Made by a program: the position numbers and the translations under genes. This document shows, in pieces, positions 46,798-56,016 of a DNA stretch of 64,000 nucleotides (position 1 is its first letter; each line of letters starts with the position of its first letter). The notes beneath the pieces were generated by a model, which was not told where the DNA came from, ran no database searches, and worked only from the letters and a program-made list of their open reading frames with translations. Source of the stretch: Candidatus Pelethousia sp. (GTDB lineage Bacteria; Bacillota; Clostridia; Christensenellales; CAG-138); assembly GCA_034933245.1 (NCBI GenBank), contig JAYFNX010000016.1:4005-68004 (forward strand), read 5' to 3'.

Positions 46798-48647
46798 AGG
46801 AGTACCGCCCCTTTCTTCGTTAAAATTTGGCGCAAGGAAGCCGCATCCATACCGCACATCGCATGCTGCCGAGCGGCTGAAGCCTGGGGCACGGGCTTTT
46901 TGCCCACACCCACCCGGATTATTTCAATGCTGCTTCCGGAAAGCGCCTCGCAAAGCCTGCTGCCAAGGCCGCCGTTCTTCAACCCGTCCTCGGCTGTAAC
47001 GATGCATCGGCACGTTTCCCGGATGGCGTCTATCATATTCATATCCAGCGGTGCGATGCATCGCGCATTTACTAGGCCCACGTCCAGGCCTTTCATGGCC
47101 TCCATGGCCGTCTGCACCATTTTGCCGGCCGCGACGATGGTGATAGGCCGAAGCGCGCATACAACATCCCACTTCCCCCGCTCCACGGGCGTTAGAATGG
47201 GCATGTTCATCAGGGCGCCCCGGGGATAACGCACAGCGGCAGGCCGCCCGGAAGCGATCGCCAGCTTGAGGGATTGGGCGAGTTCCTCCATCGTTGCAGG
47301 AGCATAAATGTCCAAGCCCGGTATGGTTTGCAGATAGACCAGATCATATACTCCTTGGTGCGTTTCTCCATCCTCTCCTACTAGGCCGGCCCGATCCACG
47401 GCGAATACCACAGGCAGGCCTTGTAGGGCCACATCGTGCAGAATCTGATCATAGGCGCGTTGGAGGAAGCTGGAATAGATGGCAACCACCGGCTTCATTC
47501 CGGCGGCAGCTAACCCAGCGGCCATGGTTACGGCATGCTGCTCGGCAATGGCAACATCGAAAAACCGCGCCGGGTAGCGCATGGAGAAATCCCGCAGGCC
47601 CGTTCCGTCCGACATGGCGGCGGTGATAGCGGCTATCTTTTTATCCTTTTGCGCGAGATCGCACAGTACCATGCCGAGTACATCCGAATTTGTGCAGGTG
47701 GATCCGCATTTAACATAGCCCGTTCTGGGATCAAAGGCGCCGATACCATGGAACTTATCCGGGCTGCATTCCGCAAAACCATAGCCTCTCCCCTTTTGGG
47801 TTACGGCATGAATTACGACGGGCCCCTCCAATCCTTTCGCATTTTCCAGAACCCGGATTAAAGCGCCAATATCATGGCCGTCAATGGGGCCCAGGTAGGT
47901 AAACCCAATTTCCTCAAACCAGACGTTTGGCAAAAGAAAATATTTGATTCTGGCTTTCAGGCGGGAAATCCCTCTATATATATTCTTGCCGATACGGGGA
48001 ATCCGCTCAACCATGCGCACGGTTCCGCGTTTGATATCATTGTATCGTTTACTTGCCCGGATATCGCTTAAATGCCGGGTCATAGCCCCTACGTTCCGCG
48101 CAATGGACATGCCGTTATCGTTGAGAACAATGATGAGGGGAAGTCCGCTTTGCCCGGCATCGTTCATGGCTTCAAAAGCCTCGCCCCCCGTCAGGGCGCC
48201 ATCCCCAATAAGGGCGACAACATGATGGGTCTTGTCACCTAACAAGCGCATGCCCCGCAACATCCCCAGCGCAGCGGAAATGGAGGTGCTGGAATGGCCC
48301 GTATTGAAGGCATCGTGCGGGCTTTCCTCCCGTTTTGGGAAACCGGCCATGCCGCCCTCCTGCCGAAGGGTTTTGAACGCCTGTACCCGCCCAGTAAGAA
48401 GCTTATGAATATAGCACTGATGTCCAACATCAAAGATCAGCTTATCCGCCGGGCTGTTAAATACCCAATCCAAAGCCATGGTAAGCTCCACGACTCCCAG
48501 GTTGGAGGCAAGGTGCCCTCCGTTTTTTGAAACCACGTCCACCAGATAAAGGCGTATCTCCCGGGCAAGCTCATCCAAATTCTGCCGGGGGATACGCTTA
48601 TAATCCTTTAAGGTATGTATGCTGCTCAGCAGTGGTGTATCCTGCAT
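46794..48647 (-). CDS. dxs: 1-deoxy-D-xylulose-5-phosphate synthase
   Basis: GGHLASNLGVVELT, GDGALTGGEAFEA (ThDP motif), transketolase-like domains. Confidence 0.95.
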   Translation of the reverse strand: MQDTPLLSSIHTLKDYKRIPRQNLDELAREIRLYLVDVVSKNGGHLASNLGVVELTMALDWVFNSPADKLIFDVGHQCYIHKLLTGRVQAFKTLRQEGGMAGFPKREESPHDAFNTGHSSTSISAALGMLRGMRLLGDKTHHVVALIGDGALTGGEAFEAMNDAGQSGLPLIIVLNDNGMSIARNVGAMTRHLSDIRASKRYNDIKRGTVRMVERIPRIGKNIYRGISRLKARIKYFLLPNVWFEEIGFTYLGPIDGHDIGALIRVLENAKGLEGPVVIHAVTQKGRGYGFAECSPDKFHGIGAFDPRTGYVKCGSTCTNSDVLGMVLCDLAQKDKKIAAITAAMSDGTGLRDFSMRYPARFFDVAIAEQHAVTMAAGLAAAGMKPVVAIYSSFLQRAYDQILHDVALQGLPVVFAVDRAGLVGEDGETHQGVYDLVYLQTIPGLDIYAPATMEELAQSLKLAIASGRPAAVRYPRGALMNMPILTPVERGKWDVVCALRPITIVAAGKMVQTAMEAMKGLDVGLVNARCIAPLDMNMIDAIRETCRCIVTAEDGLKNGGLGSRLCEALSGSSIEIIRVGVGKKPVPQASAARQHAMCGMDAASLRQILTKKGAVLL

Positions 48648-48663
48648 GAATTTTCAGCTCCGT

Positions 48664-49551
48664 TCAATGGTCCCGCCGAAGGGTTGCGTCCGTAAGCTCA
48701 ATAAAATACTGTGCCGACGGGCCGAATATCGTTAAGGAATCCTTGGCCTTCTGCGCCGTCTCCAAAGCCATTTGCTTCGCCGTCTCAAGCCCGCAAAGAT
48801 TTACATAGGTAAGCTTATGGGCCGCCTCATCTTTCCCCAGGGTTTTACCCATGCCGGTAAAGCTGCCTTCCACGTCCAACACATCGTCCGTAATCTGAAA
48901 GAGGAGGCCATACAGGGATCCAAATTCGCTCATGGCGGCCAATTGCTTATCATCTGCATTGGCAATGTGCGCGCCTGCCAGCGCGGCGGACTTGATAATG
49001 GCACCGGTCTTACGGGCGTGTATGTATCTTAGGCGGGTTTCATCCGCGCCCGCCTCCCCTTCGGATTCCAGATCAACCGCCTGGCCGGCTACCATGCCGC
49101 ATACGCCCGCTCCGCTGGATACGGTTCGAACGGCCTCCAAATAGCCGGGATTATCCCCATGAAGGGCCATAGCGGCAAGCATCACTTCAAAGGCATAGGA
49201 AAGGAGCCCGTCACCCGCCAAAACAGCCATTCCCTCTCCAAATACCTTATGATTGCTGAGCTTGCCCCGCCGGTAATCATCATTATCCATAGCGGGCAAA
49301 TCGTCATGAATAAGAGAATAGGAATGGATCATTTCCAGCGCGCAGGCCACGGGAAGCGCATCCTCCACTTCCCCTCCCAGCATATCGCAAGAGGCCAGCG
49401 TCAGGCAAGGCCGCATGAGCTTGCCGCCGCTGTTCAGGCTGTAATCCATGGCCTCCAGCAGCCGTTTGGGAATATAGGGATTGCGCATATAATCGTTCAG
49501 GGTACGGCCGATCATCTCCCTGTAACGGGTCGCATCTTCACGGTAGCTCAT
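48664..49551 (-). CDS. ispA: Farnesyl diphosphate synthase (polyprenyl synthetase)
   Basis: First and second Asp-rich motifs (LIHDDLPAMDNDDYRRG and FQITDDVLD). Confidence 0.9.
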   Translation of the reverse strand: MSYREDATRYREMIGRTLNDYMRNPYIPKRLLEAMDYSLNSGGKLMRPCLTLASCDMLGGEVEDALPVACALEMIHSYSLIHDDLPAMDNDDYRRGKLSNHKVFGEGMAVLAGDGLLSYAFEVMLAAMALHGDNPGYLEAVRTVSSGAGVCGMVAGQAVDLESEGEAGADETRLRYIHARKTGAIIKSAALAGAHIANADDKQLAAMSEFGSLYGLLFQITDDVLDVEGSFTGMGKTLGKDEAAHKLTYVNLCGLETAKQMALETAQKAKDSLTIFGPSAQYFIELTDATLRRDH

Positions 49552-49778
49552 TGTTCTTCCTCCGTTGCTTCATTTCCTTCAGCTTCATCCACCAACATAA
49601 GGCGGGCATCGTAAGCATCCAGCATTTTCTTACAATAAGCGGAGAGGGCAGAACCGTGCTCATATAGCTTCACCATTTCATCCAGTGGCAAGCTGCCAAC
49701 GCTTAGCCGCTCCACAACGGTGTCCAGCTCGGCCTTTGCCTGCTCAAAGGTAAGCGCTTTTTTCTTCACAGTAGCCAT
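49548..49778 (-). CDS. xseB: Exodeoxyribonuclease VII small subunit
   Basis: 76 aa. TFEQAKAELDTVVERLSVGSLPLDEMVKLYEHG matches the XseB pattern. Overlaps the ispA start (ATGA). Confidence 0.9.
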   Translation of the reverse strand: MATVKKKALTFEQAKAELDTVVERLSVGSLPLDEMVKLYEHGSALSAYCKKMLDAYDARLMLVDEAEGNEATEEEQ

Positions 49779-49779
49779 G

Positions 49780-51003
49780 TTATCCCCTTTCCTCCACGCT
49801 GTCTATTATAATACGGGCAATGCCGTCCTGCATAATCAAATCCGCGCCCATGCCGCTTTCCAGTTCCCGAATACTGCCGGCATAACCCTTACCAAGCTTC
49901 ACCATGGCATAGCCTCTGCCAAGAACGCGAGCCGGATTGATTTCTTCCAGCCGGCCTTTCGCTTGCTCCAGCGCGGCACAGGCTCCTAAAAGCTCCGTTC
50001 GTGCGCCTCCTTGCATGGATATATCCATGCTCCACAGTTCTCGGCGGAGAACATCCAACCGATGCCTGGGGAGCGAAAATGAAGCGGCGTTTGCCAACGC
50101 ATCGATTTCCCGTCGAAGAGCATCTATCCGCCCATGGGGGAGGGTTTGAAGCGCAATTTTGGCTTCTTCTATCTCCTCCCAAAGCCTTTCGTATTCCGGG
50201 ATACATAGTTCAGCCGCCGCACTGGGCGTGGGCGCCCGCAAGTCCGCCACAAAATCCGCGATGGAAAAATCGGTCTCATGCCCTACGGCACTTACAACGG
50301 GAATTTCACAATCGTAAATCGCCCGAGCCACTACGGGCTCATTAAAGGCCCAAAGATCCTCCAGGCTTCCGCCGCCTCTACCCACAACGAGCACGTCGGC
50401 CAGGCGCAAGCGGTTCATTTCCCGAACTCCGTGGGCAATTTCCTCCGCAGCTCCCTCCCCCTGCACCCGCACGGGATACAGGGTAATGTTCATTTTGGGA
50501 AACCTTCGCCGGGCGATCTGAAGAATGTCCTGCATGGCCGCGCCTGTGGGGGAGGTGACCACGCCCATGCATTTTGGCAATAAGGGCAAAGGCTTTTTAT
50601 GTTCCGAATCAAAAAGGCCTTCCGCCGCTAACGCATCCTTCATTTCCAGGAAACGGCGGTAAAGCTCCCCTTCTCCCGCCTGTTCCAAAGCGGTAACATA
50701 CAGTTGGTATTGCCCATCTTTCACATATAGGGAAACGCTGCCCCGAACGATCACGCTTTGGCCGTCCTTGGGCAGGGCAGAAAGGGACAAGGTGTTTTGC
50801 CGGAACATCACGCATCGAACCAGGGCGCCTTCATCTTTAATGGAGAAATAAAGATGGCCCGAACTATGCCGCTTAAATCCGCTTATTTCTCCCCGTACCC
50901 GTACGCCTTGCAGCAGCAAATCCCGCCGGAAAAGGCCGGACACATATTCGTTGAGCTGAGTAACGCTCAAGGTATAGCCGTTGTCACGCTCCATGGTAGC
51001 CAT
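49780..51003 (-). CDS. xseA: Exodeoxyribonuclease VII large subunit
   Basis: N-terminal OB fold (LSVTQLNEYVSGLF..VRGEISGFKRHSSGHLYFSIKD) and catalytic domain (VVTSPTGAA, GRGGGS). Confidence 0.93.
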   Translation of the reverse strand: MATMERDNGYTLSVTQLNEYVSGLFRRDLLLQGVRVRGEISGFKRHSSGHLYFSIKDEGALVRCVMFRQNTLSLSALPKDGQSVIVRGSVSLYVKDGQYQLYVTALEQAGEGELYRRFLEMKDALAAEGLFDSEHKKPLPLLPKCMGVVTSPTGAAMQDILQIARRRFPKMNITLYPVRVQGEGAAEEIAHGVREMNRLRLADVLVVGRGGGSLEDLWAFNEPVVARAIYDCEIPVVSAVGHETDFSIADFVADLRAPTPSAAAELCIPEYERLWEEIEEAKIALQTLPHGRIDALRREIDALANAASFSLPRHRLDVLRRELWSMDISMQGGARTELLGACAALEQAKGRLEEINPARVLGRGYAMVKLGKGYAGSIRELESGMGADLIMQDGIARIIIDSVEERG

Positions 51004-51850
51004 AGGCAGGAATGCTACGCTCCGCCGCTTCCACGGTGTTATCCATCAGCATGATGATGGTCATGGGGCCCACGCCGCCGGGGACCGGGGTTATATAGGA
51101 TGCGATGGAAAGCACGGCTTCATAATCCACATCTCCGTGCCATTTATCGTTTACGCGGCTCTGGCCTACATCGATAACCACTGCCCCTGGTTTTACCATA
51201 TCCGCAGTGATCAGGGCCGCATGGCCAACTGCGCAGATGAGAATGTCCGCCTCTTTTGTGATACGCCCTAAGTCATGGGTATAGGAATGGCAGATGGTTA
51301 CGGTGGCATTTTCCCGAAGCATCAGGATAGCCGCCGGTTTCCCCACGATGTTGCTTCGGCCCACCACAACGCACCGTTTTCCCTCAATGGAGGTGCCTGT
51401 GCTTTTTACAAGGGCTACGATTCCCTTTGGCGTGCATGCCAGGAAACCTTCCCGTCCGGTTAAAAGGGCGCCTGCATTTTGGGAATGAAACCCGTCAACG
51501 TCCTTAGCCGGGGACACCCGGGCCAGTACGCGCACGGAATCGATCTGTTCCGGGAGGGGAAGTTGCACGAGGATGCCGTGAACGCTTTCATCCCGGTTAA
51601 GCGAATCGATCAGATCCACCAACCGTTCTTCAGCAAGATCCGCCGCAAACATATATTGCTCCACGGCAATCCCAAGCTCCGACGCCCGTTTGCTTTTTAG
51701 GTTCACATAGACCATGGAGGCAGGGTCGTCCCCCACCAGAATAACCGCCAGCTTCGGAATAATGCCCCGTTGGCGAAGGATTTCTACCCGCTCCCTGATG
51801 CCAGCGCTTATATGCTGGGCCAACGCCTTGCCGTCTATAATCTTTCCCAT
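50984..51850 (-). CDS. folD: Bifunctional methylenetetrahydrofolate dehydrogenase/cyclohydrolase
   Basis: LAVILVGDDPASMVYV, HGILVQLPLP, VVGRSNIVGKP, TPVPGGVGPMT. Confidence 0.95.
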   Translation of the reverse strand: MGKIIDGKALAQHISAGIRERVEILRQRGIIPKLAVILVGDDPASMVYVNLKSKRASELGIAVEQYMFAADLAEERLVDLIDSLNRDESVHGILVQLPLPEQIDSVRVLARVSPAKDVDGFHSQNAGALLTGREGFLACTPKGIVALVKSTGTSIEGKRCVVVGRSNIVGKPAAILMLRENATVTICHSYTHDLGRITKEADILICAVGHAALITADMVKPGAVVIDVGQSRVNDKWHGDVDYEAVLSIASYITPVPGGVGPMTIIMLMDNTVEAAERSIPAYGYHGA

Positions 51851-52792
51851 TTATTCATCCTTCCCGCTCTTGTCCATTCCCAACAAGGCAACGCCAACGG
51901 CATTGTCGCTGCTGAGCGCAGGCAACGCAAAAAATAATTGTATGTTTTTATCCGCAAGCCGCTCGCCAAGCATCCGGCGCAACAGGCTGCTGGAAGCCAC
52001 GCCCCCTGCCAACAATACCCGAGAAATCCTGGTTTCAGCGGCGGCGCGGAGAATAATCTTAGTAAACGTGCGGGCCATGCAGTCATAAGCGGCTAAAGCA
52101 AGCTCCCCCTCTTGGGCACGGCCAATAAGGGAACGGGCCGCCGTTTCCACACCCGAAAATGAACAAGAAAGGCCGCTCACGCTGGCAGGCAGTTTGATGT
52201 TGGTTTCTTTAGCACGGCCGGCCAGTTCCTCCATATGTTTGCCGCTGGGAAACGGCAGGCCCATGGCCACGCCTAGCCGGTCCACAAACTGGCCCGCATG
52301 GAGATCCTTGGAGCCCCCAAGCAGGCGGATGGAAAGGCCCTCGCTAATGACGAAAATCTCGGTGGTCCCCCCCGAAAGATGCATGCCCAGAATGGGCAAC
52401 TCGTCCATAAGGAATTCGTTTCCCCACAAGGCCGCCCGCACATGGCCCTGCTGATGGGAGGTAAATCGGGGCGTAAGGCCTAAGCTTGCGCCGAGAACGC
52501 TGGCAGCGGTTTTTCCTGCCAAAAATACGGGCATATAGGAATCCAACTCGGGACGGGGCCGGGTGCTAACGGTTACGCTTCGAATATTGAATCGGTCCAG
52601 CCCGGAAAGCACTTCCGGCACAAGGACGTCCAAATTGCGGGTATGCTGGAAAAGCCCCTCGCTTTGACGGAGGCCCCGCTCCCCCAATTTCACAGAGAGC
52701 ATCGTCCGTTTATCATAGACGATGCCCTTTTCATCCACGCAGGCCACGGAGGTAGTGTAGCAACTCGTGTCGATCCCCAGATAAAGACCCAT
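51851..52792 (-). CDS. TsaD/Kae1-like (ASKHA, peptidase M22 family) paralog of unknown role
   Basis: GIDTSCYTTSVA, HQQGH (HxxxH), LSGGTTE, CSFSG, AGGVASS, SSDNAVG parallel the TsaD motifs. It is only 313 aa and divergent. Tightly packed between nusB and folD. Confidence 0.65.
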   Translation of the reverse strand: MGLYLGIDTSCYTTSVACVDEKGIVYDKRTMLSVKLGERGLRQSEGLFQHTRNLDVLVPEVLSGLDRFNIRSVTVSTRPRPELDSYMPVFLAGKTAASVLGASLGLTPRFTSHQQGHVRAALWGNEFLMDELPILGMHLSGGTTEIFVISEGLSIRLLGGSKDLHAGQFVDRLGVAMGLPFPSGKHMEELAGRAKETNIKLPASVSGLSCSFSGVETAARSLIGRAQEGELALAAYDCMARTFTKIILRAAAETRISRVLLAGGVASSSLLRRMLGERLADKNIQLFFALPALSSDNAVGVALLGMDKSGKDE

Positions 52793-53211
52793 TAGGATGG
52801 CTCCCCGCCTTCCAGCTTTTTCGCCAGCGTACCCAGCATGCCGTTGATATAGGCGGAGGAACGTTCTCCGCCGAAGGCTTTCGCCAGTTCCACCGCTTCG
52901 TTGATGGACACGCCATAGGGAATATCTTCCCGATAAAGCATTTCATAAATGGCCACCCGAAGGATAGATAAATCCACCCGGGGTATGCGGCCAATTCGCC
53001 ATCCAATGGCGATTTCGTCAATCAGCGCGTCAATTTCTTCTTTGTGGGCTTCGATACCGCCGAGAACCTCTTGGGAAAATGTGGTATCCTCGGTGGTAGG
53101 CGTTTCGCAGATGCCGGATTTATCCAACACTGCACCATAGGTATCTTCGCCGCCCAAAAGGCTGGCGAAGGCAAGTTTCATGGCTACCTCACGGGCCGTT
53201 TTTCTACTCAT
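52792..53211 (-). CDS. nusB: Transcription antitermination factor NusB
   Basis: SRKTAREVAMKLAF, ILRVAIYEMLY, INEAVELAK. Confidence 0.93.
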   Translation of the reverse strand: MSRKTAREVAMKLAFASLLGGEDTYGAVLDKSGICETPTTEDTTFSQEVLGGIEAHKEEIDALIDEIAIGWRIGRIPRVDLSILRVAIYEMLYREDIPYGVSINEAVELAKAFGGERSSAYINGMLGTLAKKLEGGEPS

Positions 53212-53230
53212 GCTCTCCTAGTCTCCATCC

Positions 53231-53446
53231 TCATCTTCCAAATAGTTGGGAGAAAAATTCAGCCACCCGGTGTCGGCCGCCTTCATCCAGCAGCGTGCCC
53301 AAATAATAGCACACAGCCACTACGGCTGATAGTAAAAGGGTGCGCCAAAAGTTGATGGTAAATACTAGAATGCAGAAAAGCACCCCTCCTGCCACGCCCA
53401 GGATGCGCCATTTATATTGTTTGCAAAATGCCATAAATTCTTCCAT
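53231..53446 (-). CDS. Small two-TM membrane protein (DUF2273-like, asp23 operon)
   Basis: 71 aa from the ATG at 53446, two hydrophobic helices, position downstream of the AmaP-like gene. Confidence 0.55.
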   Translation of the reverse strand: MEEFMAFCKQYKWRILGVAGGVLFCILVFTINFWRTLLLSAVVAVCYYLGTLLDEGGRHRVAEFFSQLFGR

Positions 53447-53468
53447 GTCTTTTGCCTTTTCGCCTCTT

Positions 53469-54047
53469 TTATCTTTGCTGTAGCTGTTGGGTAGGCGCAC
53501 ACACGACCATAATGCTTATATCATTCACCGTGATGCCTGTCAATCCCTCAATGTATTCCTTTAGGGATTTTTGCAACTCCGCCGTAACCTCGGGCACGTT
53601 GGCTTCGCTGAGCAGTACCAGCTTAAGGCTTATGGCCACGCCGCTTTCCCGCGTGCTGACAGCACTGGTCACTTCCCGCACCTTGCTGTTGGCCCTACAA
53701 TGGCGCTGCACCATGCTATCAATGGCGGCCAAGGTGATCTGGATGGTTCCATAGTCACCCGAATTGATGGTTGTAGCCGTGGCGGCAGGGGCCTTTTCAG
53801 CCTTGCCCCGTCTGCTGTTAAACCCAACGATGAGCCTAAAGGAAACAAGAAATACCACTAGCCCGGCTGCGCCTAAAATAAGGCGGAAGTTCAGATTACC
53901 AACTTGGGCGGCATAGCCGTCCACCATGGCGCGAGCAACCTCCAAGGAGAAAATGCCGACGGACAAAAGCAAAAGCGCCACACCTGCCGCCATACCCACA
54001 AGGGAGCAGATCACCAGCAAGAACCTATCAAAATAGCTCGGTTTCAT
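53469..54047 (-). CDS. amaP: AmaP-like membrane anchor protein of the asp23 operon
   Basis: N-terminal TM hairpin then a soluble domain, immediately downstream of asp23. ATG at 54047 chosen, with a weak RBS. Confidence 0.55.
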   Translation of the reverse strand: MKPSYFDRFLLVICSLVGMAAGVALLLLSVGIFSLEVARAMVDGYAAQVGNLNFRLILGAAGLVVFLVSFRLIVGFNSRRGKAEKAPAATATTINSGDYGTIQITLAAIDSMVQRHCRANSKVREVTSAVSTRESGVAISLKLVLLSEANVPEVTAELQKSLKEYIEGLTGITVNDISIMVVCAPTQQLQQR

Positions 54048-54176
54048 AAAGATGCAATCATACCTTTCTTTTGAATTGGCATACGCCCATGCCGTAAACA
54101 CGGCAAACGGCGACCAGGCCTTACCCGATCGCCTTCTCGGCGTCCGCACCCACAGAGGGGCGGATATGCTGGTTCG

Positions 54177-54605
54177 CTATGCCTCGGTCTTTTCTTCCCC
54201 GGAGACGGGTTCCGAAGGCTTGGATTCCCCTTTATCAAAACTAATGGATTGTACGGAAACGTTGATGGCGGCAACGCTCAGCCCCGTCATAGTTTCAATG
54301 GTGGTCTTCACCTTTTTCTGGATATTTTGGCAAACCTCATGGATCTTATAGCCATATTTAACGACCACGCTGATGTCAATGGTGGCGGTTTCCTCAGCAA
54401 TGTCCACTTTTATGCCTTTTGTTAGGCTCTTTTTGCCTCCCAGCATGCCGGTAATGCCTTCTACCACGGAGCCACTCAAACTTGCCACGCCTTCCACCTC
54501 GCTGGCAGCGAGGTTGGCGATGGTGGCAACCACATCCGGCGCAAAAACGATCTTGCCGCCTTCGATCGCCTTCACATCTGTGCTTATGGATTTATCAGAT
54601 GCCAT
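54177..54605 (-). CDS. asp23: Asp23/Gls24 family envelope stress protein
   Basis: GKIVFAPDVVATIANLAASEVEGVASL is the typical Asp23 N-terminus. AAGGAGG is spaced correctly for the ATG at 54605 (third codon of the track ORF). Confidence 0.85.
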   Translation of the reverse strand: MASDKSISTDVKAIEGGKIVFAPDVVATIANLAASEVEGVASLSGSVVEGITGMLGGKKSLTKGIKVDIAEETATIDISVVVKYGYKIHEVCQNIQKKVKTTIETMTGLSVAAINVSVQSISFDKGESKPSEPVSGEEKTEA

Positions 54606-54643
54606 GTACATGCCTCCTTGCGTTGTTTTTGTATGATAGGCAT

Positions 54644-54671
54644 ATTATATCAGATTTTTCCACGTCTGCAA
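54644..54671 (-). promoter_or_regulatory. Candidate sigma-A promoter for the asp23-nusB-folD transcription unit
   Basis: On the - strand, TTGCAG (54671-54666), 16-nt spacer, TATAAT (54649-54644). Confidence 0.55.
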
Positions 54672-54717
54672 ACCAAATTGCCCCGGTTGTAACTTTATTT
54701 TCACTTTGGTCATCTTT

Positions 54718-55245
54718 TTATCCATTTTCATTCATGATCTTAATATTATCCGCCCCTTCCCCGGTTTCCCGCTTGACAATATCGAGAATCTGTGCCACCT
54801 TTTCCTGGGTAAGTTCCTCGCAATCCACCACCACATTTACAGAGCCTTTGTGAAATGTAACGGCTGCATCGGAAAAGCCTTTGGCTTTGAGCAAGCTTTC
54901 AACGGTAAACTCCGTTTCCATATTTTCCACCAGCGCCAGCTTTTGTGTTTGGGCGTCCGATAGGGTTTCCGCATCGCTTGCGGAAGCTGCGATCACCTCA
55001 TCCAAATATTGGATTTCCGTCGTGCGCACCGCGTCCCGCTCATTCCGGAAGGATTCAAAATAATTCGTGCCCGCGTCCTGCTCTATTGCCGTCTCTGCCG
55101 TTTCTTTGCTGTTTTCTCCCCAAACAGCCTCCTCCACCGCGCCGGTTTCCGTTCCTTTGTTCAGGCGAATATTTACATAAATCGCCCCGGCCAGCATTAA
55201 GGCAACCACCATCAGCACCGCATATTTTTTTAAAAACGCTCCCAT
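54718..55245 (-). CDS. spoIIIAH: Stage III sporulation protein AH
   Basis: N-terminal TM, acidic linker, C-terminal YscJ/FliF-like domain. Last gene of the spoIIIA operon. Confidence 0.75.
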   Translation of the reverse strand: MGAFLKKYAVLMVVALMLAGAIYVNIRLNKGTETGAVEEAVWGENSKETAETAIEQDAGTNYFESFRNERDAVRTTEIQYLDEVIAASASDAETLSDAQTQKLALVENMETEFTVESLLKAKGFSDAAVTFHKGSVNVVVDCEELTQEKVAQILDIVKRETGEGADNIKIMNENG

Positions 55246-55257
55246 TTTTCAACCCCC

Positions 55258-55839
55258 TTATTCAGATTCCGTCCGGCTCATTTCAAAAACTTCTATGCAA
55301 TCTATATCCACGCCCAGCACCGTCTGCACGGCGGCCTGCAGCTTGAGCTTCACGGCAATGTCCGCCGCGCCCTCCGCTATGACGATCACGCCCCGCACGG
55401 CGGGCGCTTTTTCGGTGATTACCAACGCCTCATCCTGCAAGGTGGCAGGCCGTGAGGATTCCGTACGGTTTTCGTTAAGCGTGGTTCCGTCCTCGGCGGT
55501 GCTTTCGGAAGTGCTGCTCTGCACATCCGTGCTCATGGCGGGAACAATCTGCGTTCCCGTATCATAGGTAATCATCACGCGGACTTTACCCGCGCCCCGA
55601 ATACAGGAAAGGGTTTCCGCAAGCCTATCTTCCACTGCCGTTTCGGCGGGCGCCTGGGAAGCTGCCTCTTGCAGCCCTGCTTCCGCTCCCCCTTCCTGGT
55701 TCTTTCCGCAGGAAGCCGTATAGAGAAAAATCCCCAGGATTGCCAAAAGCGCATACACAAGAAGTTCAATCCGCTTATCCGCCTTCATCAGGGCGGCCAA
55801 ACGCTTAAGGGGTTCGGTAATCGCCTTCAAATCAATCAT
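55258..55839 (-). CDS. spoIIIAG: Stage III sporulation protein AG
   Basis: ATG at 55839 is preceded by AGGAGG. N-terminal TM then a soluble domain ending VRGVIVIAEGA...IEVF, as in SpoIIIAG. Confidence 0.75.
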   Translation of the reverse strand: MIDLKAITEPLKRLAALMKADKRIELLVYALLAILGIFLYTASCGKNQEGGAEAGLQEAASQAPAETAVEDRLAETLSCIRGAGKVRVMITYDTGTQIVPAMSTDVQSSTSESTAEDGTTLNENRTESSRPATLQDEALVITEKAPAVRGVIVIAEGAADIAVKLKLQAAVQTVLGVDIDCIEVFEMSRTESE

Positions 55840-56012
55840 AGCACCTCCTGCCAGGTGGAAAGCACGACCTCCGCCACCATCCAGAACATAATAAGATCCA
55901 TAGCCCGCCCGGCGCTGCGTTTCATACTGCCGGATGGTAGCAGGAACGCCAATACGCACCGGAGAACTGCAATCACGCTCAATTTCAAAACCAGCCCATA
56001 TAGTAAAGCCAT
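55836..56012 (-). CDS. spoIIIAF: Short (58 aa) SpoIIIAF-like membrane protein, below the ORF-track cutoff
   Basis: Hand translation gives MALLYGLVLKLSVIAVLRCVLAFLLPSGSMKRSAGRAMDLIMFWMVAEVVLSTWQEVL*. ATG is 4 nt after the spoIIIAE stop, and its stop overlaps the spoIIIAG ATG (ATGA). The LLPSGS motif follows TM1 as in SpoIIIAF. Confidence 0.55.
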   Translation of the reverse strand: MALLYGLVLKLSVIAVLRCVLAFLLPSGSMKRSAGRAMDLIMFWMVAEVVLSTWQEVL

Positions 56013-56016
56013 CGTC

